Assembly: GCA_050949405.1 (NCBI GenBank)
Contig: JBMNFQ010000001.1
Location: 2,410,727-2,474,726, forward strand
Source of the DNA: Limisphaerales bacterium
Lineage (GTDB): Bacteria; Verrucomicrobiota; Verrucomicrobiia; Limisphaerales; UBA1412
DNA: 64,000 nucleotides
Direction of reading: 5' to 3'
The translations under genes and the position numbers were made by a program. Positions within the stretch are counted from its first letter, which is position 1, and every line of letters begins with the position of its first letter. A model generated the notes under the pieces. The model was not told where the DNA came from, ran no database searches, and saw only the letters and a program-made list of their open reading frames with translations. Positions 37,388 to 47,923 of the stretch are shown here, in pieces.

Positions 37388-38530
37388 CTCCAGCACCTTG
37401 TCCGCCGCTCGCTGGCTGGCACCCTCTCCTCCCAAAGTCGCCAGCATTGTCCGCAGGCCGTGCTGAGTTTGAGAGCGCACTTCCGGCTGGGCCAGGAACC
37501 GCAGTACGGCTTTACTGAGATTCGCTGCGGTGGCATCGCCCTGGATAAACTCAGGGTAAATGTGGCGATTACCGGAAAGGATATTGGGCATTCCTATGCA
37601 CTTGACCTTAATAAAGAGACGCCCAAAAAACGCCGTGAAAAAAGAGGTCTTATAGAAAATAACCGTCGGCACCTGAAAGTAAGAGCACTCCATCGTTACG
37701 GTCCCAGATGAGGCAACGGCGACATCGGCCCAGAGTAGAGACTCCGCCAGCTTGCGAGTACAAATCTCAACATCTGTTTTTGGGAAATATCTTTCCACCA
37801 AATCCTGGAGCTTTTCATCTGGAAGCACTACGCGAAACTTGACGTTCAAGGCAGCAGCCACTACAGGAGCGGCTTCTGCCAGCACTGGGAGATGGCGACT
37901 CAGTTCTTTTTCGCGACTGCCGGGAAGAAATAAAACATGGTAGGGCTCTGTGGGAACCCTCTCCCCTACCCGTGAAGCATACTCCTTGTAGCGGTCCAGC
38001 AGTGGATGCCCCACATACTCTACCCTTAAGCCGGGCGCTCTTTGCTGATACCACTCCTTTTCAAAGGGAAAGATGCTCAAGATCATATCCACATCGCGCG
38101 CTATCTGATGTATCCGGCTTTCATGCCAGGCCCAGATTTGTGGGGAAATAAATTGAACCACTTTAGGGCTCCAGTCAGAGTCGGTGCGCTTGCGAATATG
38201 TTTTTTAAGCGCTTTGGCAAAGCGCAGATTAAACCCCGGATAGTCTACCAGTATTACGATTTCAGGGCGCTTCTCAATGGCCTCATCCAGGAGTTTCATG
38301 AAAAGACCTTTCAAGGTTTTATAATGCTTCAAAACCTCCCACAATCCGACCACAGCATGTTGGGTCAGGTCAATTGAGAGCTCGGCACCTTCGCTTCTCA
38401 GCCGTTCCCCTCCTGCCCCAAAAGCTTTTATCGGGACAGGGCTTTTATTACGAATCTGGTACAGGAGCTCGGCTGCCAGAGCATCTCCGCTGGCCTCGCC
38501 GGCAATGAACATCAGAGAAAGGCTATTCAT
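37373..38530 (-). CDS. lpxB: Lipid-A-disaccharide synthase
   Basis: IAGEASGD, VDYPGFN, SPQIWAW, FPFE, VGHPL, LPGSR, SGTVTME. Confidence 0.95.
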   Translation of the reverse strand: MNSLSLMFIAGEASGDALAAELLYQIRNKSPVPIKAFGAGGERLRSEGAELSIDLTQHAVVGLWEVLKHYKTLKGLFMKLLDEAIEKRPEIVILVDYPGFNLRFAKALKKHIRKRTDSDWSPKVVQFISPQIWAWHESRIHQIARDVDMILSIFPFEKEWYQQRAPGLRVEYVGHPLLDRYKEYASRVGERVPTEPYHVLFLPGSREKELSRHLPVLAEAAPVVAAALNVKFRVVLPDEKLQDLVERYFPKTDVEICTRKLAESLLWADVAVASSGTVTMECSYFQVPTVIFYKTSFFTAFFGRLFIKVKCIGMPNILSGNRHIYPEFIQGDATAANLSKAVLRFLAQPEVRSQTQHGLRTMLATLGGEGASQRAADKVLELFEE

Positions 38531-39582
38531 GCACCTATTGTTTTGTTCATCTTTTCCTGTATCTGGCGTGTGATTTCAAAAGCCAGATCCAAAGCTCTAC
38601 AGGCCGATTCACCAGAAACCACCGGAGCACAATGGTTTTTTACGCATTCTACAAAGCTCGCCAGCTCCATCTTCAAAGGTTCTTCTTTTTCAATTGGTGC
38701 CGGCTCTCGGACGATCTTCTTGCCGGCAAATTCGCTTACAATGGAGGAGTTACTCAAAGACGGAGTCGCAGCGGCCAAAAGTTTTTTGAAGATGTTTGAT
38801 TCTTTTTCATCCTCCCTTGCCATACGGTAGACATATCCCTTCTGCTGGCGGTAATCCAGAGATAGATAGCAGGGAGTTTGGCCACCACTGAAAACTCGAA
38901 TTTTACGCATCCGCTCTGGGCTCACACGGCTGGCCGTCATGTTGGCAACGCATCCATTAGCAAAGTTGATGCGAGCATTCACAATATCCTCTGATTGGCT
39001 CAAGACGGGAATACCAACAGCATCCACATGCAGGACGGGAGACTTCACAAAAGCAAGGACCACATCCAGATCATGAATGAGCAGGTCCAGCGCAACTCCG
39101 ATGTCCGTGCTACGGGCCGGATATGGACTCAGACGATGGGTTTCAATAAAACGCGGGTCCGGTGCTGCTTTTTTAAGATATCCAAAAACGGGATTAAAAC
39201 GCTCCACGTGCCCCACCTGAAGCACGCAGCCGCGCTCTTGTGCCAATGTCACCAGCTCATAAGCCTGATCCGCACAATCACACATCGGTTTTTCCACCAA
39301 AACGTGTTTGTTGGCGTTCAGAGCGGTTTTGGCCAGTTCAAAGTGGGTGACGGTTGGTGTGACAATGCTCACTGCGTCGCAATGCTCGACAAGCTCTTCA
39401 GCACTGCCAAAAACATTTACGCCACCGAGCTTTTCACTTACTGCGCGCAGGGCTTCCGGAGAGACATCATAAATACCGGAAAACTCCACTTTACCTGCAG
39501 CTGCCAGTTCAGAATAAATTCTAGCATGCTCTTTACCCAAAGAGCCCGTTCCCATCACACCAACTTTCAATTTAGACCCCAT
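38527..39582 (-). CDS. Gfo/Idh/MocA oxidoreductase, GnnA-like (possible UDP-GlcNAc 3-dehydrogenase)
   Basis: VGVMGTGSLG, VEKPM, VGHVERFNP, DLLIHDLD, TASRVS; stop overlaps the lpxB start. Confidence 0.82.
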   Translation of the reverse strand: MGSKLKVGVMGTGSLGKEHARIYSELAAAGKVEFSGIYDVSPEALRAVSEKLGGVNVFGSAEELVEHCDAVSIVTPTVTHFELAKTALNANKHVLVEKPMCDCADQAYELVTLAQERGCVLQVGHVERFNPVFGYLKKAAPDPRFIETHRLSPYPARSTDIGVALDLLIHDLDVVLAFVKSPVLHVDAVGIPVLSQSEDIVNARINFANGCVANMTASRVSPERMRKIRVFSGGQTPCYLSLDYRQQKGYVYRMAREDEKESNIFKKLLAAATPSLSNSSIVSEFAGKKIVREPAPIEKEEPLKMELASFVECVKNHCAPVVSGESACRALDLAFEITRQIQEKMNKTIGA

Positions 39583-39601
39583 ATCAAATATAACATCTCT
39601 T

Positions 39602-39853
39602 TTACAGATCGGTATTATCCAGTTTTTCTTTAAATTTCTTTAGACTCAAAAAAGCTTTCCCTGCCTTTTTACCCAAGGCACCTCCTACTTGCGCTGCATC
39701 CGGACGGCCAGCCTTTTCATACATTTCACCTGCCAGGTTTTGTGCTTTTTCAATCTTTTCTTTTAGAATCTCTGATTCTTGATAGGTCAGTTTGCCCCGC
39801 CTCCATAATGTCACGGCTCGAACACCCATCTTGATCATATTAACAATGGACAT
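39602..39853 (-). CDS. Small hypothetical protein (83 aa)
   Basis: Fills the gap between yicC and the oxidoreductase on the same strand; no motif recognised. Confidence 0.55.
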   Translation of the reverse strand: MSIVNMIKMGVRAVTLWRRGKLTYQESEILKEKIEKAQNLAGEMYEKAGRPDAAQVGGALGKKAGKAFLSLKKFKEKLDNTDL

Positions 39854-39895
39854 GTGAAAACTCTGTTTTTTGTTTTTGCATTAAGGGTTTAAGGG

Positions 39896-40771
39896 TTATT
39901 CAACGTTCTGCACCTGTTCTCTGAACTTCTCCAGCTCTGCTTTGAACTCTACACAGCAGGCTGAAATAACGGCATCATTGGCTTTTGAAGCAATTGTATT
40001 TATCTCGCGGCCCATCTCTTGAGCTAAAAAATCGAGCATTCTTCCCACAGGTTTACCCGTTTGGGTAGCATGTTTAAACTGGGCAAAGTGGCTCTTCAGG
40101 CGGGTAATTTCTTCAGTGATATCGCTCCGGTCTGCAAAGAAAACTACCTCCTGGATAATCCGCGGGTCCTCTTCGTCGATCAGCTCAAGCTTTGCAGCCT
40201 GAATCCGTTTAAGAAGAGCTTTTCTATATTTCTCTGGGAGGCCTTTACTCTCAGTTTCTATTTTTTTGAGAATCTTCTTCAAGCCGTTCACCCGCTTTAC
40301 CAACTCTGCTCTCAAGTGCCGGCCCTCACGCCCACGCATGGCTATCAGCTCCTTCATCGCTTTTTTAAGAGCACTTTCGATCAAAGGCCACGCATCCTCT
40401 GGAGTCATCCGAGTGGTCTGGCTTTCAACAACTCCAGGGAATTCCAGTATTTTTTCTAAAGGGATTTCAGAGTCGATTTTCAGTTTTTTAGCAAAGGCGC
40501 TCAGCTCTTTTAGATAGTGCTGCGCCACTTTCTCATTAAAGCGAATGGCATGAGATTCCTCCAGCGTCTGAACTCCAACTCGAATAGTAAGCCTGCCACG
40601 AGAAAACAACGGATTTGCAAACTCTCTGATTGCAGAATCAAGACTTTCCATTCCCCCCGGCAAAGAAATGGAGAGCTCGCTCTGTTTTCGGTTCAGAGAA
40701 CTGACATCAACTGTCACTCTGATTCCCATCTTGGAGGCTTCCCCGCCTCCATATCCTGTCATGGACTTCAC
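39896..40771 (-). CDS. yicC: YicC/YloC-family endoribonuclease
   Basis: MKSMTGYG, SSLNRK, DRSDITEEITRL, GRMLDFLAQEMGREINTIASK, EQVQNVE. Confidence 0.92.
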   Translation of the reverse strand: MKSMTGYGGGEASKMGIRVTVDVSSLNRKQSELSISLPGGMESLDSAIREFANPLFSRGRLTIRVGVQTLEESHAIRFNEKVAQHYLKELSAFAKKLKIDSEIPLEKILEFPGVVESQTTRMTPEDAWPLIESALKKAMKELIAMRGREGRHLRAELVKRVNGLKKILKKIETESKGLPEKYRKALLKRIQAAKLELIDEEDPRIIQEVVFFADRSDITEEITRLKSHFAQFKHATQTGKPVGRMLDFLAQEMGREINTIASKANDAVISACCVEFKAELEKFREQVQNVE

Positions 40772-40842
40772 TTCATTGAAAATATAACGTTTTCTTCTAC
40801 TATAGCCAGCTCAAAAAATTGCCTGTAAAGTATTAAAGCACT

Positions 40843-41778
40843 TTAATCTTTAGGGGCATCAGCCTTCACTCCAAACAAACTTTCCAGTAAAAAGAAATAC
40901 GCTTCGGGTGTTTCACCCTTTATTGAAGGGACATCTGCCTTCATTGTCATAGTTTGCCCATTTATGCTTGTAGTGGCACTCTTCAAAACTTTTATTAAGC
41001 CACCAGTTTCAACCAGTTGGTACATCTTCAAAGGCAGTTGAATTTGCTTGCTGAAAGAGGTGGCATCTGAGGCTGTGTGAAAATCGAAGGCTGCCTCAAT
41101 AAAACACTTCTCTTTTTCTTCCCAAAGATCCAGGCGGAATCTTTCCAACTTTTTCTTCCCCTGAGAAACACCTGGCGGCAAGAGGAACATCTGCTCAATC
41201 TGTTGATCAAAAACCAGATCAATATAGCTCATCTTCGAGCCAATAATTCCTTCAAATAAAGGTGGTAAATCCTGGCTATTGTGCAGCGCTGCCTGCAGTT
41301 TCTCCTTACTCTGACTCACATAAACATTTTTATTCTTGAACGCTACTGCGTAACCATAGCGTGCCGGCGCCTCTTTGTTTTCTTCAAGGCTTTTCTCAAC
41401 TCTTTTAGTCCACTGAGCTGAGACTGGCTTAAAAAGATAGACCTGATCAGAGTAGTTTGTATAAACCCCATCCCCAAAATAACTGATGGAGCCAATTTCT
41501 TCAGGTCTCCACCTAAAGCCAGGAGAAACAATGCTGCCGTATGCCTCCAGCATTGGGATGATCCAAAGCCTTTTAAGCTCTTGAGCATTCCTCTCTTCTA
41601 AAGCCTGTTGAACGTTGACATGAACCAGATAACGAACATTCTTCGGCAAGTGAGGGGCTATGGAAGTCAGAGAAAAATCAGTTTCTACCCCCTCCCTCCA
41701 CTCCTCTCCATTAAGAGCCAAAGTAAAACAAATGAGCAAAACGAGAAGAGAAGCTTTAATTGTCTTAAAAGTGTCCAA
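40843..41778 (-). CDS. Hypothetical exported protein (311 aa)
   Basis: N-terminal hydrophobic signal-like segment; operon position; no family recognised. Confidence 0.6.
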   Translation of the reverse strand: MDTFKTIKASLLVLLICFTLALNGEEWREGVETDFSLTSIAPHLPKNVRYLVHVNVQQALEERNAQELKRLWIIPMLEAYGSIVSPGFRWRPEEIGSISYFGDGVYTNYSDQVYLFKPVSAQWTKRVEKSLEENKEAPARYGYAVAFKNKNVYVSQSKEKLQAALHNSQDLPPLFEGIIGSKMSYIDLVFDQQIEQMFLLPPGVSQGKKKLERFRLDLWEEKEKCFIEAAFDFHTASDATSFSKQIQLPLKMYQLVETGGLIKVLKSATTSINGQTMTMKADVPSIKGETPEAYFFLLESLFGVKADAPKD

Positions 41779-41842
41779 GGTATCCCTTCAGGATGATAAA
41801 CGCTTTAACGAAAAGAAGTGAAGCAGCGCCCAGACAGCATCT

Positions 41843-42556
41843 TTAAACATTCATCTCAGGACTGTAGTAGAGCATACAGCCGCAGTTTATACAGTTGGTC
41901 ATTTCATCTGAGCGACAACTCAAAACCAGTTGCTGTGGCAGCCTGATATGACATCCCCCGCAAGTTCCGCCGTCTATTCCCACCAGAACATGTCCTCGTT
42001 TGTTTGAGAACATCCGTTCATAACGTGCCCGCAGCCGGGATTCCACCAAGTCAGCAAATTCCTCTCGCTTAGCTTTTCGCTCTTTAACTTCCTCAATGCG
42101 AGCTTGTTTAAGATCGTCCAGAGTTTGAATTCGTTCCCGGCTCTCCTTTTCTATTACCTCATTAGCAGCAAGAGTTTTCTTGTACTTTTTGCGCGCCTGG
42201 TCTTCAAGCTCCATTTTTTCCAAGACTCTGGTTTCCAGATCACTGATCTTCTTACCTGTGGTATCTATTTGAGTTTGGAAAGCGCGGTACTCATCATTTT
42301 TTCGCGTTTGAAGCTGCTGGGTAGCATATTTGGCCAGTTGCTCCTGCAGTTGCCCTATCTGGGATTCCAGTTCCTTGCGCTCAACTTCAACTCGCATCCA
42401 CTTTTGCTTTAGCTCTTCTGCCTGCTCCCTGCCTTGAAGCACTTTAGCCACTAACTCTGCACGTTGTGGAGCCCACGAATTCAATTCGCTCTCCAGTCGC
42501 ATCGTCTCTAAATCCCACTGCTGCAATTGCAATAGGAGGCCTAAGTCCTCTCTCAT
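41843..42556 (-). CDS. Coiled-coil protein with C4-type zinc ribbon (DUF164-like)
   Basis: LLQLQQWD start, long coiled coil, CGGCHIRLP...CINCGCMLY. Confidence 0.88.
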   Translation of the reverse strand: MREDLGLLLQLQQWDLETMRLESELNSWAPQRAELVAKVLQGREQAEELKQKWMRVEVERKELESQIGQLQEQLAKYATQQLQTRKNDEYRAFQTQIDTTGKKISDLETRVLEKMELEDQARKKYKKTLAANEVIEKESRERIQTLDDLKQARIEEVKERKAKREEFADLVESRLRARYERMFSNKRGHVLVGIDGGTCGGCHIRLPQQLVLSCRSDEMTNCINCGCMLYYSPEMNV

Positions 42557-42650
42557 AGAAGAGTTATTTTAATACCAGAGCGGGCAAATAACAATCTCTT
42601 TTCCAAAAGAGAAGGCTTTCTACTCGCTCCAAGTTGCAAAACCATCCCCT

Positions 42651-43946
42651 TTACTGACGGTCTTTAAGTGGTGGGCAGGGTGTTAAGCGATTGCCCACGT
42701 AGACTTGACGGGGCCTGTAGATGCGAGTGGAAGCATCTTCGCGTATCTCTCTATAGTTGGCAATCCAGCCTGGCATTCTGCCGATAGCAAAAATAACGGT
42801 AAACATCTCCTGGGGTATACCGATAGCCCGCATAATAATGCCGCTGTAAAAGTCTACGTTGGGGTAAAGCTTTCTTTCGATAAAGTAGGGATCAGAAAGC
42901 GCTTTCTCTTCCAATCTTTTTGCAATGTCCAAAAGAGGATCGTCCCTGTGTAAATGAACCAGTAGATCATCACAACATCTTTTAATGATCTTGGCCCGTG
43001 GATCATAGTTTTTATAAACACGATGCCCAAAACCCATCAAGCGCTTTCCTTCGCGACGGTCTTTCACGGCTTCCATGAACTTGCTGCCATCGTCTCCGCT
43101 CTTCTCAATCTCTTCAAGCATCTCAATCACAGCCTGGTTGGCTCCACCATGACGAGGGCCCCACAAGGCGCAGACGCCTGCTGCTGCACTTGCGAAGAGA
43201 TTTGCATGTGAAGAAGCGACCATCCTGACCGTTGAAGTTGAACAGTTTTGCTCATGATCAGCATGAAGGGTGAAAATCATATCCAATGCACGAATAGCCT
43301 CTGGCTCCATTTCATAATCCTGATAAGGCTCAGAGAACATCATGTGCAGGAAGTTAGCCGTGTATCGGTAAAAGGGTTTGGGGTAAATAATAGGCAGACC
43401 ACGCGATTTGCGGTAAGAAAAGGCTGCGATCGTACGAACCTGGGCTATAAGCCGAGCTGCCTGTATTTCGTAAGATTCTTGTGTGTTAGGGTCAGCCAGT
43501 TCAGGGAAAAAGCAACTGGAAGCATTAATCATGGCCGAAAGAATCGCCATCGGATGACTGGTTGATGGAAATCCTTCGAAGTGAATCTTGATATCCTCAT
43601 GGATCATTTGGTTACGGGTTAAAAGATCCGAGAAAGTTCTTAACTGAGTCGAAGTGGGGAGATGCCCCATTACAAGAAGGTAGGCCACCTCAATAAAGGA
43701 AACTTTTTCCGCAAGCTCTTCAATAGGAATACCACGATATCGAAGTATTCCATTTTCTCCATCTATATAGGTAATGGCGCTTTTGCAAGAGCCCGTATTC
43801 ATGTAACCTTCATCCAAGGTGATATAGCCGGTCTGAGCACGCAGGCTGGATATATCAATCGCCTTCTCGTTTTCGCTGCCCACGACACAGGGAAACTCAT
43901 ACTCTTTGCCGTCCAACTCTACCTTCACCATTTTATCCATAAGCAT
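42651..43946 (-). CDS. gltA: Citrate synthase
   Basis: [47 protein letters not shown]. Confidence 0.97.
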   Translation of the reverse strand: MLMDKMVKVELDGKEYEFPCVVGSENEKAIDISSLRAQTGYITLDEGYMNTGSCKSAITYIDGENGILRYRGIPIEELAEKVSFIEVAYLLVMGHLPTSTQLRTFSDLLTRNQMIHEDIKIHFEGFPSTSHPMAILSAMINASSCFFPELADPNTQESYEIQAARLIAQVRTIAAFSYRKSRGLPIIYPKPFYRYTANFLHMMFSEPYQDYEMEPEAIRALDMIFTLHADHEQNCSTSTVRMVASSHANLFASAAAGVCALWGPRHGGANQAVIEMLEEIEKSGDDGSKFMEAVKDRREGKRLMGFGHRVYKNYDPRAKIIKRCCDDLLVHLHRDDPLLDIAKRLEEKALSDPYFIERKLYPNVDFYSGIIMRAIGIPQEMFTVIFAIGRMPGWIANYREIREDASTRIYRPRQVYVGNRLTPCPPLKDRQ

Positions 43947-44221
43947 AAATATTTTGTTGCAATAGATATTGGAACAATTCCAACATCCGGGTATTGCTCT
44001 GTAAAAAACTGTTTTTGAAAAAATCTTCTAACACCTGGATATTCTCCAAAAATCAAAAAAGGCTTACGCTCGATTTTTAAGAAAACGAAACTCCTTCTTT
44101 GTACATCAGCTTTCTGCCAGACTGCCCCTACCACCCTGGGGCAGGGGTATTCTGCCACAAACAGAGAGTGGAAAACAAAAAAAAATTGCCGGAGCTTCAT
44201 TTTTAATGCCATAATCTTTGT

Positions 44222-44977
44222 GTGTTATGGGTTGGAGTGGTTTTAAATTCAGTTGCAATTGCCTTGGGGGTTGGGGTTGGGCTCTTACTTCACTGGAGCC
44301 TCTCAAAGAAGCTTCAGGTGTCACTCCTCTCTTTTTTGGCCGCTTTGATGATCTACTCGGCTTTGCGTAATGGTTTTTATCTTTTGGGCCAGTTCCCAGT
44401 CCTCACCCTTTTTAAGGTATTTTTCACTGCATGGGTTTGCCTTGTTCTAAGCTCTGTCAGCTTTCGTAAGACCTCCCTGCTGCGGGTCTTCTCAGCCTTC
44501 ACTCAATCAGCACAAAACGCCATGGCAAGCAGCAAACCAGGATTGAACAACTGGGGGCAGTCTCTCCGAATTGGCACTGCTTTTTTTACCTTTTCTCCTT
44601 TAAACTTGATTGCTTGCGCTTTGGCGGGCATTTACTCTCAAACCTCTGAAACCTGGATTTTAATCCCGTTTTTAGTAAAAGCACTTTTTGATTTTATTGC
44701 CTGTCTTTCTTTTTCCAACAGTTTAGGGGTCAGTGCGTTAGGCATTGTTATACCGACAGCAACATCGCAGCTTTTTCTGATCTGGCTCTTTTCTCAGGCC
44801 ACTGCTTTTTCATCCAATATGGAAACCCCGATGATGATGTGCTCAACAGCGGCCACGCTGCTCTACCTTTGCCTTCACAGCGCAATTACCCTGTTGGGAT
44901 GGAATAAGTCTGTGAAACTCCTCCCTTATACACCTGCGCTTTTTTTAACGATAATCGCTGATCTTTTTCTTTTCTAG
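44222..44977 (+). CDS. Divergent DUF554-like membrane protein
   Basis: GVVLNSVAIALGVGVG and KALFDFIACLSFSNSLG resemble DUF554 motifs; about 7 hydrophobic segments. Confidence 0.65.
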   Translation: MLWVGVVLNSVAIALGVGVGLLLHWSLSKKLQVSLLSFLAALMIYSALRNGFYLLGQFPVLTLFKVFFTAWVCLVLSSVSFRKTSLLRVFSAFTQSAQNAMASSKPGLNNWGQSLRIGTAFFTFSPLNLIACALAGIYSQTSETWILIPFLVKALFDFIACLSFSNSLGVSALGIVIPTATSQLFLIWLFSQATAFSSNMETPMMMCSTAATLLYLCLHSAITLLGWNKSVKLLPYTPALFLTIIADLFLF

Positions 44978-45028
44978 AAAGTTACTTAAAAGAAAATATT
45001 ATAACTTTTATCAATTTGCACAGATTCC

Positions 45029-46045
45029 TTACCACTCCAAAACCATCGCCGCAGTAGTAAACCCAGAGCCAAAAGCAACCAAAAGCAGTTTGTCACCGTT
45101 TTGAACTGAACCGGTTCCTATAGCCTCATCAAGCGCAATCGCCACGGAGGCAGCTGAAGTATTGCCATACTTATTCAAGTTAATGAACACCTGCTCTTCT
45201 TTAAGGCCCAGGCGCTCACCCACAGCTTTAATAATCCGTAAATTAGCTTGATGGAAGATTGCCAGCTTCACATCCTCAACAGTGCAGGAGGCACGCTCCA
45301 GAGCCTCTCTCCCACAATCAACCATAGAGCTTACCGCACTTTTAAAGGTTTCCTTGCCCTGCATTCTCATATAATGCAACCTTGCCTCCAAGGATTGAGG
45401 GGATGCAGGTATCCGGCAACCTCCAGCAGGTACTTGAAGCAAATCCGCTTTAGAGCCATCCATCTGGAGTACACAGGAGCGAAAACCTTTTGCCTTTGAG
45501 TTTGTCCTGCTCAAAATAGCCGCTCCCGCACCATCTCCAAAAAGGATACAGGTATTCCGGTCTTCCATATCTGTGATGGCTGTCAGCTTCTCAGCGCCGA
45601 CCACCAGAATGTTCTTATAATGCCCGGTTGCAATGAATTGGCTGGCGACCTCCATTGAGTAGAGAAAACCGGCACAGGCAGCCTGCAGGTCAAATCCAGC
45701 AGCTCTGGTAGCTCCCAGGTTATGTTGGATATGTGCTGCGGTGGAAGGAAAGATATGGTCCGGAGTCACCGTTGCTACAATGATAAGATCAATTTCTTCA
45801 GGACTAATCCCGGCCTTCTTGATTGCTTTCCTGGCAGCGGCAGTACCCATATCCGAAGTGTACTGGTCTGCAGCCGAAAAGCGACGCTCCTTAATACCCG
45901 TGCGCGCCACAATCCAGTCATCGCTTGTATCTATAAGCTTCTCCCAATCGGCATTAGTGACGACGCGCTCTGGGAGATAAGAGCCGGTACCTGTTATTTT
46001 ACAGGAATAAAAATGTCTTAGTCCTTCTGATTTGATTTCACTCAT
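45029..46045 (-). CDS. fabH: Beta-ketoacyl-ACP synthase III
   Basis: RTGIKERR, AACAGF (Cys), FGDGAGA, HQAN (His), GNTSAAS (Asn). Confidence 0.96.
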   Translation of the reverse strand: MSEIKSEGLRHFYSCKITGTGSYLPERVVTNADWEKLIDTSDDWIVARTGIKERRFSAADQYTSDMGTAAARKAIKKAGISPEEIDLIIVATVTPDHIFPSTAAHIQHNLGATRAAGFDLQAACAGFLYSMEVASQFIATGHYKNILVVGAEKLTAITDMEDRNTCILFGDGAGAAILSRTNSKAKGFRSCVLQMDGSKADLLQVPAGGCRIPASPQSLEARLHYMRMQGKETFKSAVSSMVDCGREALERASCTVEDVKLAIFHQANLRIIKAVGERLGLKEEQVFINLNKYGNTSAASVAIALDEAIGTGSVQNGDKLLLVAFGSGFTTAAMVLEW

Positions 46046-46107
46046 CTAGCATCTGATATCTAATATTTTCTGTGATCACAAAAAGCAACCCTTCGGGAGC
46101 GCTTCTT

Positions 46108-47136
46108 TTACTGCAATAGAAGCGCTTTATCCGCATCCGCCACTTCATCAATAATAATCTGATTTATATTTTGATGGGCGGCATTTGCACCGAGGCGAAT
46201 GGCATTGAAAATAGCTCTGTCGGTGGCCGAGCCATGGGCTTTCATAACGACTCCATTAAGGCCCAAAAGAGGGGCTCCGCCCGTATTTTCCGGGTCTAAA
46301 CGACTTTTGATTGATTTAAAAGCCCCTTGAGCCAACATCGCACCCAGAACACGGGTAGGGCTGCGAGAAATTTCGTGCCTAATCCAGCTCAGGAGATGTT
46401 GGCCGATGCTTTCACAGGTTTTCAGAACGATATTGCCAATAAAGCCATCACAAACAACTACGTCCACATTATTATCAAAAAGGTCATGCCCTTCGATATT
46501 TCCTATGAAATTAACAATTTGAGCCTCATGAATTTTAGAAAAAAGGTTGAATGCGCTCCGGGTCAGCTCATTCCCTTTCAGGTCTTCAGTCCCTATGCTC
46601 AAAAGCCCCACCCGCGGTCTGGAGTAACCCAGGACCTCTCGCGAGTAAACACTCCCCATGATGCCATATTGCAGCAACTGATAGGGGCGCGAATCGACAA
46701 ACCCTCCTGCATCCAGCAAAACAAAAGAATTATTCTGAGCTGGTATGACTGCGGCAATGGCGGGGCGATCAATCCCTTTAAGTGGACGCAAGGCAATGTG
46801 AGCTGAAGTTACAACACCACCGGTGTTGCCTGGTGAAATCAAAACTTGAGCCTCGCCTTTTTTAATAAGCTCTACTGCACGAGCAATAGAGCTGTCTTTT
46901 TTACGGCGCAGCGCTTCCACAGGCTTGTCTTCCATAGTAAGCACCTGCGAAGCATGTTTGATTTCCAGGCGAGGATCAAAACCCTGGTTACTGGTAAGCT
47001 CTTTTTCCAGTATTTTCCGGTCACCGACCAGATAAACCTTGGAAACAGAATAGACCTCCCTAAGCGCGCGCAATACACCCCGGACCACAACGCTGGGCCC
47101 GTGGTCCCCACCCATTGCATCAACTGCGACACGCAT
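46108..47136 (-). CDS. plsX: Phosphate acyltransferase PlsX
   Basis: VAVDAMGGDHGP, GNTG, DRPAI, GNIEG, DGFIGN, GGAPLLGL. Confidence 0.96.
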   Translation of the reverse strand: MRVAVDAMGGDHGPSVVVRGVLRALREVYSVSKVYLVGDRKILEKELTSNQGFDPRLEIKHASQVLTMEDKPVEALRRKKDSSIARAVELIKKGEAQVLISPGNTGGVVTSAHIALRPLKGIDRPAIAAVIPAQNNSFVLLDAGGFVDSRPYQLLQYGIMGSVYSREVLGYSRPRVGLLSIGTEDLKGNELTRSAFNLFSKIHEAQIVNFIGNIEGHDLFDNNVDVVVCDGFIGNIVLKTCESIGQHLLSWIRHEISRSPTRVLGAMLAQGAFKSIKSRLDPENTGGAPLLGLNGVVMKAHGSATDRAIFNAIRLGANAAHQNINQIIIDEVADADKALLLQ

Positions 47137-47206
47137 AATAAAAGAGATAAGCGGGATGCGACTTCCGCAATTCGCACTCCCGCATTAACCAAACAACTCT
47201 TGGCGT

Positions 47207-47395
47207 TTAGCCGATTGGCGATACAGTAACTACCTGACGCCCTTTATAATATCCGCACGAAGGACAAATCCTGTGAGAAAGATAGGGTGCCGCGCATTGC
47301 GGGCACACTCCCAGCTGAGGGAGCTTCATCACACTGTTATAAGCGCGACGCATACGTTGACGGCTATGAGACGGTTTCCTTTTTGGTACAGCCAT
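47207..47395 (-). CDS. rpmF: 50S ribosomal protein L32
   Basis: MAVPKRKPS..R..RR, CPQC..HRICPSCGYY. Confidence 0.96.
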   Translation of the reverse strand: MAVPKRKPSHSRQRMRRAYNSVMKLPQLGVCPQCAAPYLSHRICPSCGYYKGRQVVTVSPIG

Positions 47396-47413
47396 AAATA
47401 CTTCTTAATTTAT

Positions 47414-47923
47414 CTAATCCAACTTTAACTTATCTAGCTCAGCCCATGTGGACGAGGAATTTTTCGATTCAACATGAGCGCCCCTTTTATTACCTTTTCG
47501 CGACGGCATCTGGGGTAACCGGTCGCAGTCTTCATCACACAGCGGATGCTGTGGATACGCAAGGAGAATATCCTCTCTGATGTAGTGAGTCAAGTCTATG
47601 CTGTCATCTTTTATTTCAACACTCTCTTCACCCTCCAATGCCAGCAGTTCATTAAAATTGAGCTCAACAGGCATTCTAAATAAATTCAAACAACGCACGC
47701 ACTCGCAATCCAGCACAAACCTAACCAAACCTCGGATCAAGACAAAGTGCCCCTGTAAACTGGCATGAAGGTTATAGTGGACCTGTTCTTGCAATTCAAT
47801 GCACTCATCATCATGCGGGATATCAAGCTCCTCAGCCGGCAACACACCCTGCAGATGAAGGTCATCCTTTTCCAGCTGCTTGAGATTTATTTCTACCAGG
47901 GCACCAAAGATTTCCTTTTTCAC
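47414..47923 (-). CDS. yceD: DUF177/YceD family protein
   Basis: CVRCL, IDL..YIREDILL.YP..PLC..DC; upstream of rpmF. Confidence 0.88.
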   Translation of the reverse strand: MKKEIFGALVEINLKQLEKDDLHLQGVLPAEELDIPHDDECIELQEQVHYNLHASLQGHFVLIRGLVRFVLDCECVRCLNLFRMPVELNFNELLALEGEESVEIKDDSIDLTHYIREDILLAYPQHPLCDEDCDRLPQMPSRKGNKRGAHVESKNSSSTWAELDKLKLD

